In this document: positions 8,107 to 16,771 of the stretch, piece by piece | Layout of the letters: each line of letters begins with the position of its first letter | How positions within the stretch are numbered: position 1 is the stretch's first letter | The notes under the pieces: generated by a model | What the model was told of the DNA's origin: nothing | What the model saw: only the letters and a program-made list of their open reading frames with translations | The model's database searches: none | From: Holophagaceae bacterium | GTDB lineage: Bacteria > Acidobacteriota > Holophagae > Holophagales > Holophagaceae | Reading direction: 5' to 3' | Length of the DNA stretch: 64,000 bases | Assembly (NCBI GenBank): GCA_021286765.1 | Contig: JAJTBS010000004.1 | Location: forward strand, 27,427 to 91,426 | Made by a program: the position numbers and the translations under genes

Positions 8107-9930
8107 GTGGCCGCCATCCGCACCAACCTTGAAAAATCCCCCTTCCTGAAACGGAAGCTGGGTGACCTTCCCCTGCGCCCCGGCTGCTACCTCTACCGTG
8201 ACGAGGGCGGCAACCTGCTCTACGTGGGCAAGGCCAAGGTGCTGCGCAACCGCGTGAAATCCTACTTCCAGCAGAAACGGCTGGACGCCAAGACGCGGCG
8301 CCTGGTGGCGCGCATTTGGGACATCGAGCTCATCGTCTGCGAGACGGAACTGGAAGCCCTCGTCCTGGAGAACAACCTCATCAAGGAGCACTGGCCGCCC
8401 TTCAACATCCTGCTGAAGGACGACAAGAGCTACCCCTACGTGAAACTCACCTGGAAAGAGGCCTTCCCCAAGGTCTACGTCACCCGCAAGGTACGCAAGG
8501 ACGGCAGCCTCTACTTCGGCCCCTTCTTTCCCGCCAGCACGGCCTACCGCACCGCCGAACTGGTGTACCGCTTCTTCCAGATCCGGGACTGCGACATCGA
8601 CATCGACGGCAAGCGCGGCCGCGCCTGCCTCAAGTACCAGCTGCACCGCTGCACGGCCCCCTGCATCGCCGCCGTGGGTCAGGAGGCCTACCGCGAGCAG
8701 GCCAAAGAGGCGCGGCTCTTCCTGGAAGGCAAGCGGGACGAACTGAAGGCCCGGCTGGAAGCGGCCATGTGGAAGGCCGCCGAGGCAGCCGCCTACGAGC
8801 AGGCGGCCCAGCACCGCGACGCCCTGCAGCAGGTGGATGCCTGGTTCACCCGCCAGAAGGCCGCCAGCGCCGATCTGGATGACACCGATGTCTACGGCAG
8901 CGCCGTGCTGGATGGCCGGGCCTGCGTGCACCGGCTGATGCTCCGGGACGGCCGCATGATGGGGCGGCAGGAATACGTGCTGGATGACGTGGAGGTCTTC
9001 GATGGTGCCGTGCTGGCCCAGGTGATCCAGCGGGTCTACAGCGCCGATCCCGTGCCCGCCAAGCTGCTGGTGGAAATCGAGCCCGACGAGGGCGGCCTGC
9101 TCCGGGAGTGGTTGTCTGGCCTGCGGGGCACCAAGGCCCGCATCCATGTGCCGCAGAAGGGCGAGAAGGTGGATCTGCTGGCCATGGCCCAGGAGAACGC
9201 CCGCCTGGCCCTGGAGCGCAAGTTCGAGCCCGCGCGCCTCAACGAGGCGGTGCTGGAGGGCCTGCAGGCCTTCCTCGGCCTCAGCCACCTGCCCCGCCGC
9301 CTGGAGTGCTTCGACATCAGCCATGGCCAGGGCCGTGAGGTGGTGGCCAGCTGCGTGGTGTTCAGCGACGGCATGCCCGACAAGGCCCGCTACCGCCGAT
9401 TCAAGATGAGCCACGAACAGAACGACGACTTCGCCAACATGTTCGAAGCCGTCACCCGCCGCTACAAGCGCATGCGGGACGAGGGTCAGGAATTCCCCGA
9501 CCTGGTGCTCATCGATGGCGGGCTGGGCCAGCTGCACGCGGCCGAGGCCGCCCTCAAGGAACTGGGCCTGGAGCAGCTGGAACTGGCCAGCCTAGCCAAG
9601 AAGGAGGAATGGGTGTTCCGGCCTGGCTCCAGCGAGCCGCTGAAGATCCCCAAATCCTCCCCGGTACTGCAGCTGCTGCAGCGCATCCGCGATGAGGCCC
9701 ACCGCTTCGCCATCACCTACCACCGGGCCCTGCGGGCCAAGCGCACCCTGCAGACCGAGCTCACGCAGATCCCCGGCATCGGTCCCATCACCGCCAAGAA
9801 GCTTCTGCAGACCTTCGGCAGTGCCGCCAAGGTGCGGGAAGCCTCTCCCTCCGAGCTGGAGGAGGCGCTCGGAGTTGCAGCCTCACGCAAGGTCATGGCC
9901 TGGCGGAAAGGGCCGCCTGAAGACCAGTAA
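8107..9930 (+). CDS. uvrC: Excinuclease ABC subunit C
   Basis: GIY-YIG (PGCYLY...LYVGKAK.LRNRV.SYF), Cys-rich segment, RLECFDISH, DLVLIDGG.GQL, RIRDEAHRFA, HhH IPGIG. Confidence 0.97.
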   Translation: MAAIRTNLEKSPFLKRKLGDLPLRPGCYLYRDEGGNLLYVGKAKVLRNRVKSYFQQKRLDAKTRRLVARIWDIELIVCETELEALVLENNLIKEHWPPFNILLKDDKSYPYVKLTWKEAFPKVYVTRKVRKDGSLYFGPFFPASTAYRTAELVYRFFQIRDCDIDIDGKRGRACLKYQLHRCTAPCIAAVGQEAYREQAKEARLFLEGKRDELKARLEAAMWKAAEAAAYEQAAQHRDALQQVDAWFTRQKAASADLDDTDVYGSAVLDGRACVHRLMLRDGRMMGRQEYVLDDVEVFDGAVLAQVIQRVYSADPVPAKLLVEIEPDEGGLLREWLSGLRGTKARIHVPQKGEKVDLLAMAQENARLALERKFEPARLNEAVLEGLQAFLGLSHLPRRLECFDISHGQGREVVASCVVFSDGMPDKARYRRFKMSHEQNDDFANMFEAVTRRYKRMRDEGQEFPDLVLIDGGLGQLHAAEAALKELGLEQLELASLAKKEEWVFRPGSSEPLKIPKSSPVLQLLQRIRDEAHRFAITYHRALRAKRTLQTELTQIPGIGPITAKKLLQTFGSAAKVREASPSELEEALGVAASRKVMAWRKGPPEDQ

Positions 9931-10590
9931 TCAGCGACCACCCTCGATCTGGTTCAGTTCCGACCGGGCGGCGTCGCTGCCCATCTCCGCGGCCCGACGG
10001 TACCAGTAGAGCCCCTTCTCGCGGTCCTTGGGAACATTGAGGCCCTGCAGGTACATGGCCCCCAGCATCCGCATGGCGTGGGTATCGCCGGCCTTGGCCT
10101 GCTCCAGGTAGGCCTGGACATCCGCTGGAAGGGCGTCGGAGGCGGCAGTCGATGTCGGATTCCTCGGGCCGGAAGCAGCCGTGGGGCGGGCGGTAGGAGG
10201 CACAGGCCCCTTGGAGAACATCAGGAAGGTCGCCGCCCCCAGCACCACCAGGGCGCCAAGGCCCAGGGGCCACCGCCAGTTGAAGGGTGTCGGGGCCGCG
10301 GGGCGAAGCGGCTGATCCAGCGTCTGCCCTTCCGCCCCGGCGGGCTGATCCACCCTCTGCACGCGGATCGGTGGCTCGTCCATCCTGGGGCGCGTCATCT
10401 TCAGTGTCTGATCGGAGGCCGCCATCGAATGCCCTTGCGGGATCTTCTGGGTCGCATCGATCCCCAGATCCTTCGCGAGGTTGAGCCGCTGGGTGGCGTA
10501 GGGATCGGCCGGCATCCCGGCGGACAGCCGGACCGTGTCATCGGGCGATGGCGCCGGTGCCGTGGGATCGAGGGACTCGGGGTCGCGCAT
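9931..10590 (-). CDS. Single-TM protein with C-terminal Sel1-like repeat
   Basis: Pro-rich N-terminus, TM helix, then AMRMLGAMYLQG.NVPKD..KGLYWYRRAAEMG (Sel1 consensus). Confidence 0.8.
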   Translation of the reverse strand: MRDPESLDPTAPAPSPDDTVRLSAGMPADPYATQRLNLAKDLGIDATQKIPQGHSMAASDQTLKMTRPRMDEPPIRVQRVDQPAGAEGQTLDQPLRPAAPTPFNWRWPLGLGALVVLGAATFLMFSKGPVPPTARPTAASGPRNPTSTAASDALPADVQAYLEQAKAGDTHAMRMLGAMYLQGLNVPKDREKGLYWYRRAAEMGSDAARSELNQIEGGR

Positions 10591-10632
10591 GGACCTTCCT
10601 CAGAGAATGCCTTCCCAGCATACCTGGACGGC

Positions 10633-11088
10633 TCAGCCCTCCAGCTGCTTCGCCCACCGGTCGTATCCGGGCACAAGGGCCAGGAACAGCACCGGGGTCA
10701 GGAGGATGAATCCCCAGACATGGCGGGTCGCCTGGGTGCCCACGAGCACCCAGTAGGCCAGGCCACAGAGGCTGCTGACCTCGAAAGCCGCCGCATACAG
10801 CAGGCTCTCCCGGAGCACCCTGGTGGGCCGCGCGGCCTCGGGCAGCTCCCGGAACCCGCTCAGGGCCCTCCCGCTGCGCCACCAGACCCAGGCGGCGGAC
10901 AGGAACACCAGGCCCGTGAGGAGGTATCCCACCTGCTGGAAGACCCCAACGGGGGACTCCCGGCCCGGGGGCACGGTCCCGGAAAGGATGAACACGGCGA
11001 TCACGGCCGGGGTGCCTAAACAGAGCGCCATGCCAAGCAAGCGCCCCATGCGATGGGCCGACCGGAGGGCCTCGGTCCCGCCGCTCAC
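10633..11088 (-). CDS. Hypothetical integral membrane protein (about 4 TM)
   Basis: 151 aa with four hydrophobic segments; the GTG start overlaps the scpA stop. Confidence 0.7.
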   Translation of the reverse strand: MSGGTEALRSAHRMGRLLGMALCLGTPAVIAVFILSGTVPPGRESPVGVFQQVGYLLTGLVFLSAAWVWWRSGRALSGFRELPEAARPTRVLRESLLYAAAFEVSSLCGLAYWVLVGTQATRHVWGFILLTPVLFLALVPGYDRWAKQLEG

Positions 11089-11900
11089 GCGGCCTCAGCG
11101 GCCTTGACCCGGATCTCGCCGAAGGTCTCACCCTGAACCAGCGCGATGCGGCCTGTGCGGACCAGCTCCAGGAGGGCGAGGAAGGTGAGTACCAACTCAT
11201 CGCGGGAGCGCGCCTGCCCCAGCAAGCCCTGGAAGGGCTTCCATAGGCCGTCCTGCAGGTCCCGCATCACCTCCATCACCCGCTGCTCGAGGGACTTGGG
11301 CTGGGTGCGCACCTCCACGGGGGGCGGGGGCATCAGGCGCTTCAGGGCCTCGCGGTAGGCGCCCAGAAGGTCGAACAGGGTCGCCCGGATGGGCTCGTCC
11401 TCCACCCGCTTGTGGTCCTCCAGGTCGAGTCCCGGCGCGAAGGCGATCTTCTGCCAGTCGGACTCGCGGTCCGAGAGCTGGGCGGCGGCGGCCTTCACCT
11501 GCTGGTAGTCCAGCAACCGCTGCACCAGGGCCTCGCGGGGATCCTCCTCGCCGCAGGCCTCGGGCGGGCGGGGCAGCATCAGCCGCGACTTGATCTGGAG
11601 CAGCTGCGCGGCCATGGCGACGAACTCCGCCGCGATCTCCAGGTTCAGCTCCTCCATGAGCCTCAGGTAGTCCATGTACTGCTGCGTGACCTGGGCCATG
11701 GGCAGGTTCAGGATGTCCAGCTTCTGCTCCTGGATGAGGTGCATCAGCAGGTCCAGGGGCCCCTCGAAGGCCGTGAGGTGCAGGGCCAGACCACGGAACT
11801 TCGTTTCGAACCCCTTGGGAGATTCAAAGGCTCTGGGGGCCTCGGGTACGGGCACGACTTCAGCCACCGGTTCTGGGTGTTCCATGGGGGTCTCGGACAT
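11085..11900 (-). CDS. scpA: Segregation and condensation protein A (SMC kleisin)
   Basis: FEGPLDLL.HLI, AAEF..MAA.LL.IKSR.MLP, TFLALLEL...G.I.L.Q...FGEI. Confidence 0.93.
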   Translation of the reverse strand: MSETPMEHPEPVAEVVPVPEAPRAFESPKGFETKFRGLALHLTAFEGPLDLLMHLIQEQKLDILNLPMAQVTQQYMDYLRLMEELNLEIAAEFVAMAAQLLQIKSRLMLPRPPEACGEEDPREALVQRLLDYQQVKAAAAQLSDRESDWQKIAFAPGLDLEDHKRVEDEPIRATLFDLLGAYREALKRLMPPPPVEVRTQPKSLEQRVMEVMRDLQDGLWKPFQGLLGQARSRDELVLTFLALLELVRTGRIALVQGETFGEIRVKAAEAA

Positions 11901-12028
11901 GGCTCCATTCTAGCCGCGCCCAGGCCCCAGCCAACGCCACTGGAAAGGCTCTTCAAGGCCTTCGTCCATCCCCGGGCCCATCAATTGTTCGGTGGCAATG
12001 AATGCACGGCAGGAGACAATGAAAGGCC

Positions 12029-12937
12029 ATGGCCCGCCCTCCCGTCCTCCCCGGTCCCCGTCCCGCTTGGCTGAAGATCCGCGTCCCGGCCCCGGAGGTG
12101 GTGGCCGAGGTCGAAGGGCTCATCCGGGAGCAGCGCCTGGTGACGGTCTGCGAGGAGGCCCGCTGCCCCAACCTGCACGAGTGCTGGGGCATCCACCGCA
12201 CGGCCACCTTCATGCTCATGGGCGACATCTGCACGCGGCACTGCGGGTTCTGCAATGTGGGCAAGGGACGGCCTGGCGAACTGGATCCCCAGGAGCCGCA
12301 GCGGGTGGCCGAAGCCGTGGCGCGCCTGGGCCTGCGGTTCGCCGTGGTCACCTCCGTGAACCGGGATGATCTGGCGGACGGCGGCTCCGCGCACTTCGCA
12401 CAGACCATCCAGTGGATCCGCAGCCTCTCCCCGCGCAGCGGCATTGAGGTACTCATCCCGGATTTCCGCGGCGACGAAGCGGCCCTTCAGACCGTGCTGG
12501 AGGCCCGGCCGGACGTGCTGAACCACAACGTGGAGACCGTGCCCCACCTCTACAAGCGGGTGCGGCCGGACGCCGACTACCAGCAGAGCCTGGAGCTGCT
12601 GCGCCGGACGGCGGCCTGGCGGGACCGGCACGCCCCAGCCATGCGCGTGAAGAGCGGCATCATGGTGGGCCTGGGGGAAACGCCCGACCAGGTGCTTGAA
12701 CTGATGGTCGACTGGCGGAATAGCCGTGTGGACGTGGCCACCATAGGCCAATACCTCCCCCCTTCTGAACACCACCTGCCCCTGCACCGGTTCGTGGAGC
12801 CTGCCGAGTTCAAGCTGTACCGGCAGAAAGGCCTGGAGATGGGCTTCGAGCGCGTGGAATCCGCGCCCCTGGTGCGTTCCAGCTACCACGCCGGAGACGG
12901 CTACGGGGGCCCGGAGGCCCCCGCAGCCAGGTCATAA
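12029..12937 (+). CDS. lipA: Lipoyl synthase
   Basis: CEEARCPNLHEC, CTRHCGFC radical-SAM motif, NHNVETV, KSGIMVGLGE, GQYL, RSSY. Confidence 0.97.
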   Translation: MARPPVLPGPRPAWLKIRVPAPEVVAEVEGLIREQRLVTVCEEARCPNLHECWGIHRTATFMLMGDICTRHCGFCNVGKGRPGELDPQEPQRVAEAVARLGLRFAVVTSVNRDDLADGGSAHFAQTIQWIRSLSPRSGIEVLIPDFRGDEAALQTVLEARPDVLNHNVETVPHLYKRVRPDADYQQSLELLRRTAAWRDRHAPAMRVKSGIMVGLGETPDQVLELMVDWRNSRVDVATIGQYLPPSEHHLPLHRFVEPAEFKLYRQKGLEMGFERVESAPLVRSSYHAGDGYGGPEAPAARS

Positions 12938-12943
12938 AGCAGC

Positions 12944-14065
12944 CTAGGCCTTGGCGTGGATGTCCGCGCCGAGGAACTGCTGCTCGAAGGCGGTCCAGTC
13001 CAGCGGTCCGGCGCCCTGGGGGCCGTTCGCCGTGCGAAGGCGGGTGATCTCCTCCTGGTACCAGTCGATGACGGGCTTGCCGATCTTCAGCGCCGAGAGC
13101 TCCGAGGCGAGGTCGCTGGGAGTCAGCAGGCAGACCCAGCCACGGTCATAGGGGCTGCGGATGAGTTCGCCGGGATCGGTCTTCAGGCCGGCGTTGTCAT
13201 GCTCGATGCGGCCCGACAGCGGCGCGGCCACATGGACCGTTCCGGTCGCCCCCTTTAGGGTGAACAGGGTGTCGCCCGCCTTCACGGTCTTGCCACGCTC
13301 GGGCAGCTCGATTTCCTTGACGGTGCCCAGGGCCTTCCGGACGAAGTCGTCGATGCCGATGCGGACCTGGCCTTCCGGCTCGATGCGGACCCAGGCGTGG
13401 CCCGGGGAGAGGAAGGCGCCGCCCGGCACGCAGAACTCGGTGGCAGGCACCACCTCGGCCATCTCGGGCGAAACCATGCGGACATTCGGTCGGCGGGCGG
13501 CTTCGAGCCGGGCTTCGCGCTTGATCAGGAGCTTCTTGGCGAAGTCGCCGAGCTCATCGGCGGTGAAGGGCTTCTGCACGTACTCACAGGCGCCGTGCTG
13601 CAGGGTCTGGACGGCGGTCTCAATGCTGCCGTAGCCCGTGATGACGACCACGTCCACGTCGGGGCGCAGGTGCTTGACCGCCTTCACGACCTCCACGCCG
13701 TCCATGTCCGGCATCTTGAGGTCGGTAAACAGGAAGTCATAGTCATTGCGCTGCACCAGGCCCAGGGCCTCGGGGCCGTGCTCGACCGTGTCCACGCTGA
13801 AACCCTCCAGGACGAGGATGCGCCGGAAGGAGTCCAGCACCACGGCCTCATCGTCCACGGCCAGGATGCGGGCCTTGGGATTGGGGACCGCGACCCGCTT
13901 GAGGCTCTTGGCCTCGTGGGTGAAGTCCAGGCGGATGGCGGTGTTGAGGACGGCTTCACGCGCCTGGCGTTCCCGGTTCTCCCGCATTCGCCTGAGCGAG
14001 GTTCGCACCACGAAGTCGATGCCCACGAAGGCCACAAACATGAGAAGGATCAATACGGCGGTCAT
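12944..14065 (-). CDS. Membrane-anchored response regulator: TM + receiver + GcvH-like domain lacking the lipoyl lysine
   Basis: N-terminal hydrophobic helix. Intact receiver (AVDD, TDLKMP D115, ITGYG, QKPF). C-terminus HAWVR...RIGIDDF...LG...IELP..G..V.AGD.L....AAPLSG.I...N....P......PY..GW matches the GcvH fold. Confidence 0.9.
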   Translation of the reverse strand: MTAVLILLMFVAFVGIDFVVRTSLRRMRENRERQAREAVLNTAIRLDFTHEAKSLKRVAVPNPKARILAVDDEAVVLDSFRRILVLEGFSVDTVEHGPEALGLVQRNDYDFLFTDLKMPDMDGVEVVKAVKHLRPDVDVVVITGYGSIETAVQTLQHGACEYVQKPFTADELGDFAKKLLIKREARLEAARRPNVRMVSPEMAEVVPATEFCVPGGAFLSPGHAWVRIEPEGQVRIGIDDFVRKALGTVKEIELPERGKTVKAGDTLFTLKGATGTVHVAAPLSGRIEHDNAGLKTDPGELIRSPYDRGWVCLLTPSDLASELSALKIGKPVIDWYQEEITRLRTANGPQGAGPLDWTAFEQQFLGADIHAKA

Positions 14066-14074
14066 GGCGACCTC

Positions 14075-15601
14075 CTAGGTGAGGGTGGGAATGTTCGGTG
14101 ATCCGCCGTCGGCCCCGGTGGCCGTCGGCAGGCGAAGGGTGAAGCAGGTGCCCTGGCCGGGCTGGCTCTGGACCTCCAGCGAGCCACCGTGGGCCTCCAC
14201 GATGCCCCAGCTGACCGCCAGCCCCAGGCCCGTGCCGTGGTTGCCCTTGGTGGTGAAGAATGGTTCAAAGATCCGCGGCAGGTCCTCAGCGGAGATCCCC
14301 CGGCCGCTGTCCTCCAGCAGGAATTCGATGGCGCCGGGGCTGGCGGACCTGGTGATGGCCCGGATCTGGCCCCCTTCGGCTCCGATGGCATCCGCCGCGT
14401 TCAGCAGGAGGTTCACGACCACCTGCTGGATCTGGTTCGGATCCGCCTGGACCTGGGGCAGGTCTGCCGCCAGATCCAGGGACAGGTTCACCTGGTTCAG
14501 GCTGAGCTGGGTCATCACCACCGAGACAGAGCGCCGCACCACCTCGTTGAGGTCCATGGGTTTCCGGGCCGGGGCCGCGGGCCGGGCGAAGTCAAGCAGC
14601 TCGCGAATGATGCCGCGGCAGCGGACGGTCTCCCGCACGATCACATCCAGGTCCTCGCAGGCCGGCAAGTCGTGCTCCATGCGCTTGCGGAGCAGGGAGG
14701 CATAGCTCAGCACGCCGGTCAGCGGGTTGTTGATTTCATGGGCGACGCCAGCGGCCAGACGGCCGACGGAGGCCAGCTTGTCGGCCTGGGTCAGCTGGCG
14801 CTGCGTATCTGCCAGCGTCTGGGTCATCTCATTGAAGGCCTTGGCGAGTACGCCCAGCTCATGCCGCCCGCTGACGGGAATCGTGACGCCCAGGTCGCCC
14901 TCCATGACCCGGCGGGTGCCCTCGACCAGGGAGGCCACCGGGCGGACCACCAGGCGGCGGTTGAGCCACCAGAGCATGAAGCTTCCGGCCAGGATGGCCA
15001 GGGCGGCGGAGGCCGTGATGACCAGGCGGCTGTGGGCGATCTCCTGATCCACCTCCGCCAGGGAGACATTCACGTCGAGCACGCCGAGGAGGCTCTGCTT
15101 GGCGCTGTGGGCGTGGCAGGCCGCCGTGGAGCAGGACGGCGCATTCGGGATGGGGTTGATGACGCCCAGGACGCGGGTCCCGTCCGCAGCGCGGAAGGTC
15201 CTGGCCCGCGCCTGGATTCCCAGGCGCTCAAGGGGCCGGCCCTCCGCATGGCAGGCGTAGCAAGCCTCCCCCCGGGGATCCAGGCTGGTGCCGATCTCCT
15301 CGCTGGCCGAGGAGAACATGATCTTGCCCTCCTTGTTGAAGACGCGGACCTTGCGGATGCCCTCCTCATGGAGGCCACCCACATCCCGGATCTGGCGGTG
15401 CAGGTTCTCCCGCCGGTTCTCCAGCATGTCGAAGTGGGTGGCGCTCTTGATGGTCTCGCTCAGTTGATCCGCGCTGCGGGTCCGCTCCGCGAGCAGCTGC
15501 GCCGTGTGTGATCGCAGGATGGCCACGGACATGCCCCCGATCACCAGCGCCGTCGTGAGGCCGGCGCCGAGGATCAGACGAGTGCCGATGCGGGTGCGCA
15601 T
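14075..15601 (-). CDS. HAMP-domain sensor histidine kinase with heme-c-type motifs in the periplasmic domain
   Basis: Two TM helices around a sensor with CYACH (15248-15262) and CSTAACH (15113-15133); HAMP; AHEINNPL H-box, NLLLNAADA, DSGRGI, FEPFFTTK, GTGLGL. Confidence 0.93.
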   Translation of the reverse strand: MRTRIGTRLILGAGLTTALVIGGMSVAILRSHTAQLLAERTRSADQLSETIKSATHFDMLENRRENLHRQIRDVGGLHEEGIRKVRVFNKEGKIMFSSASEEIGTSLDPRGEACYACHAEGRPLERLGIQARARTFRAADGTRVLGVINPIPNAPSCSTAACHAHSAKQSLLGVLDVNVSLAEVDQEIAHSRLVITASAALAILAGSFMLWWLNRRLVVRPVASLVEGTRRVMEGDLGVTIPVSGRHELGVLAKAFNEMTQTLADTQRQLTQADKLASVGRLAAGVAHEINNPLTGVLSYASLLRKRMEHDLPACEDLDVIVRETVRCRGIIRELLDFARPAAPARKPMDLNEVVRRSVSVVMTQLSLNQVNLSLDLAADLPQVQADPNQIQQVVVNLLLNAADAIGAEGGQIRAITRSASPGAIEFLLEDSGRGISAEDLPRIFEPFFTTKGNHGTGLGLAVSWGIVEAHGGSLEVQSQPGQGTCFTLRLPTATGADGGSPNIPTLT

Positions 15602-15604
15602 GGC

Positions 15605-16771
15605 TCAGGCTCCCTCTTCCGGGATCTGGGCTTCGGTCACGGGCCCCTCGGGGAAGATGCGCAGATTGCGCACGGCGAAGGCAAATACCGCCATGCCCGT
15701 GGCCACCAGGCCCACCGAGATGATGATCTCCATGGCCGAGGGGATGTAGCGGATCCCCGAAGCGGCTTCCATGCCCGTGATGCTGACGTTCAGCCGGTTC
15801 ATGACGAAACCCATCACGGCGAGGAAGGCCCCGCCCACCAGCCAGTCAGGATGGCTGCGCAAGCGGCGGAAGGACATGAGCACCACAGGCAGGATCACGC
15901 CCATGACGAACTCCAGGAGGAACATCCGCCCTTCATACCCGAAGTCGAGGAGGGTCCCGAACGCATGGTTCCGGTAGATGGCCTGGATGCGCATGAGCCC
16001 GTAGATGCCCAGGGCCACCACCATGCCGCGGGCCAAAGGCTCCAGCAGGTCCATTTCCAGGTGCCGACCGAAGGCCCGCTTGCTGAGGTAGGACTCCAGG
16101 ACCACCATGCCGATGCCCGCACCAATGGCCGAGATGTAGAAGTGAAGCGGCAGCAGCGGGGAGTACCAGAGGGGATGCAGCTTGCTCGGAACGATCAGGT
16201 AGACCGTACCCAGGGAGGACTGGTGCAGGGTTGAGAGGATCACGCCCAGGACCACCAGCGGAGTGATGAACTTATGGATGAGCCGCGCGGGGGCATGGAG
16301 GCCAAAGCGTTCAAAGACGATGGGCGAGAATTCCAACGCCAGCACCGTGGTGTACAGCATCACGCACCAGGCCACCTCGAACATGACGGAGTGGGGATTC
16401 CAATAGACCATGGCGTGCCAGATGCGCCAGGGCTGCCCCAGATCCAGCAGCAGGGCCACGATCACGAAGCCATAGCCCAGAAAGCCCGTGAGCAGGGTGG
16501 GGCGGACGATGGGTTCGAAGCGCTTGAGGTTGAACAGGTGGACGACGGCGGTGAGGGTGAAGGCCCCCGCGGCCAGCCCCACGCCGCAGAGCAGGTCGAA
16601 GCCGATCCAGAGCCCCCAGGGGAACTGGTCGCTCAGGTTGGTCACGGCCCCAAGGCCCTTGGTGAACCTCATGACCGTGACGATGGCGAAGGCGATGAAG
16701 GTTACGGCGAATACGGCCGTCCAGAATCCGGGCCGGAACCGGCGGGTGGCAAGCGTGGCGGTGCTGTTCAT
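15605..16771 (-). CDS. NrfD/HybB-family polytopic membrane subunit
   Basis: GLG.V.NL...FPWG.WI.FDL..G, P.VRP.LL..F.GY, DLG.PW, SV.FE.A.C...Y..V.ALEF.P, LS..HQSSLG; resembles HybB. Confidence 0.9.
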   Translation of the reverse strand: MNSTATLATRRFRPGFWTAVFAVTFIAFAIVTVMRFTKGLGAVTNLSDQFPWGLWIGFDLLCGVGLAAGAFTLTAVVHLFNLKRFEPIVRPTLLTGFLGYGFVIVALLLDLGQPWRIWHAMVYWNPHSVMFEVAWCVMLYTTVLALEFSPIVFERFGLHAPARLIHKFITPLVVLGVILSTLHQSSLGTVYLIVPSKLHPLWYSPLLPLHFYISAIGAGIGMVVLESYLSKRAFGRHLEMDLLEPLARGMVVALGIYGLMRIQAIYRNHAFGTLLDFGYEGRMFLLEFVMGVILPVVLMSFRRLRSHPDWLVGGAFLAVMGFVMNRLNVSITGMEAASGIRYIPSAMEIIISVGLVATGMAVFAFAVRNLRIFPEGPVTEAQIPEEGA

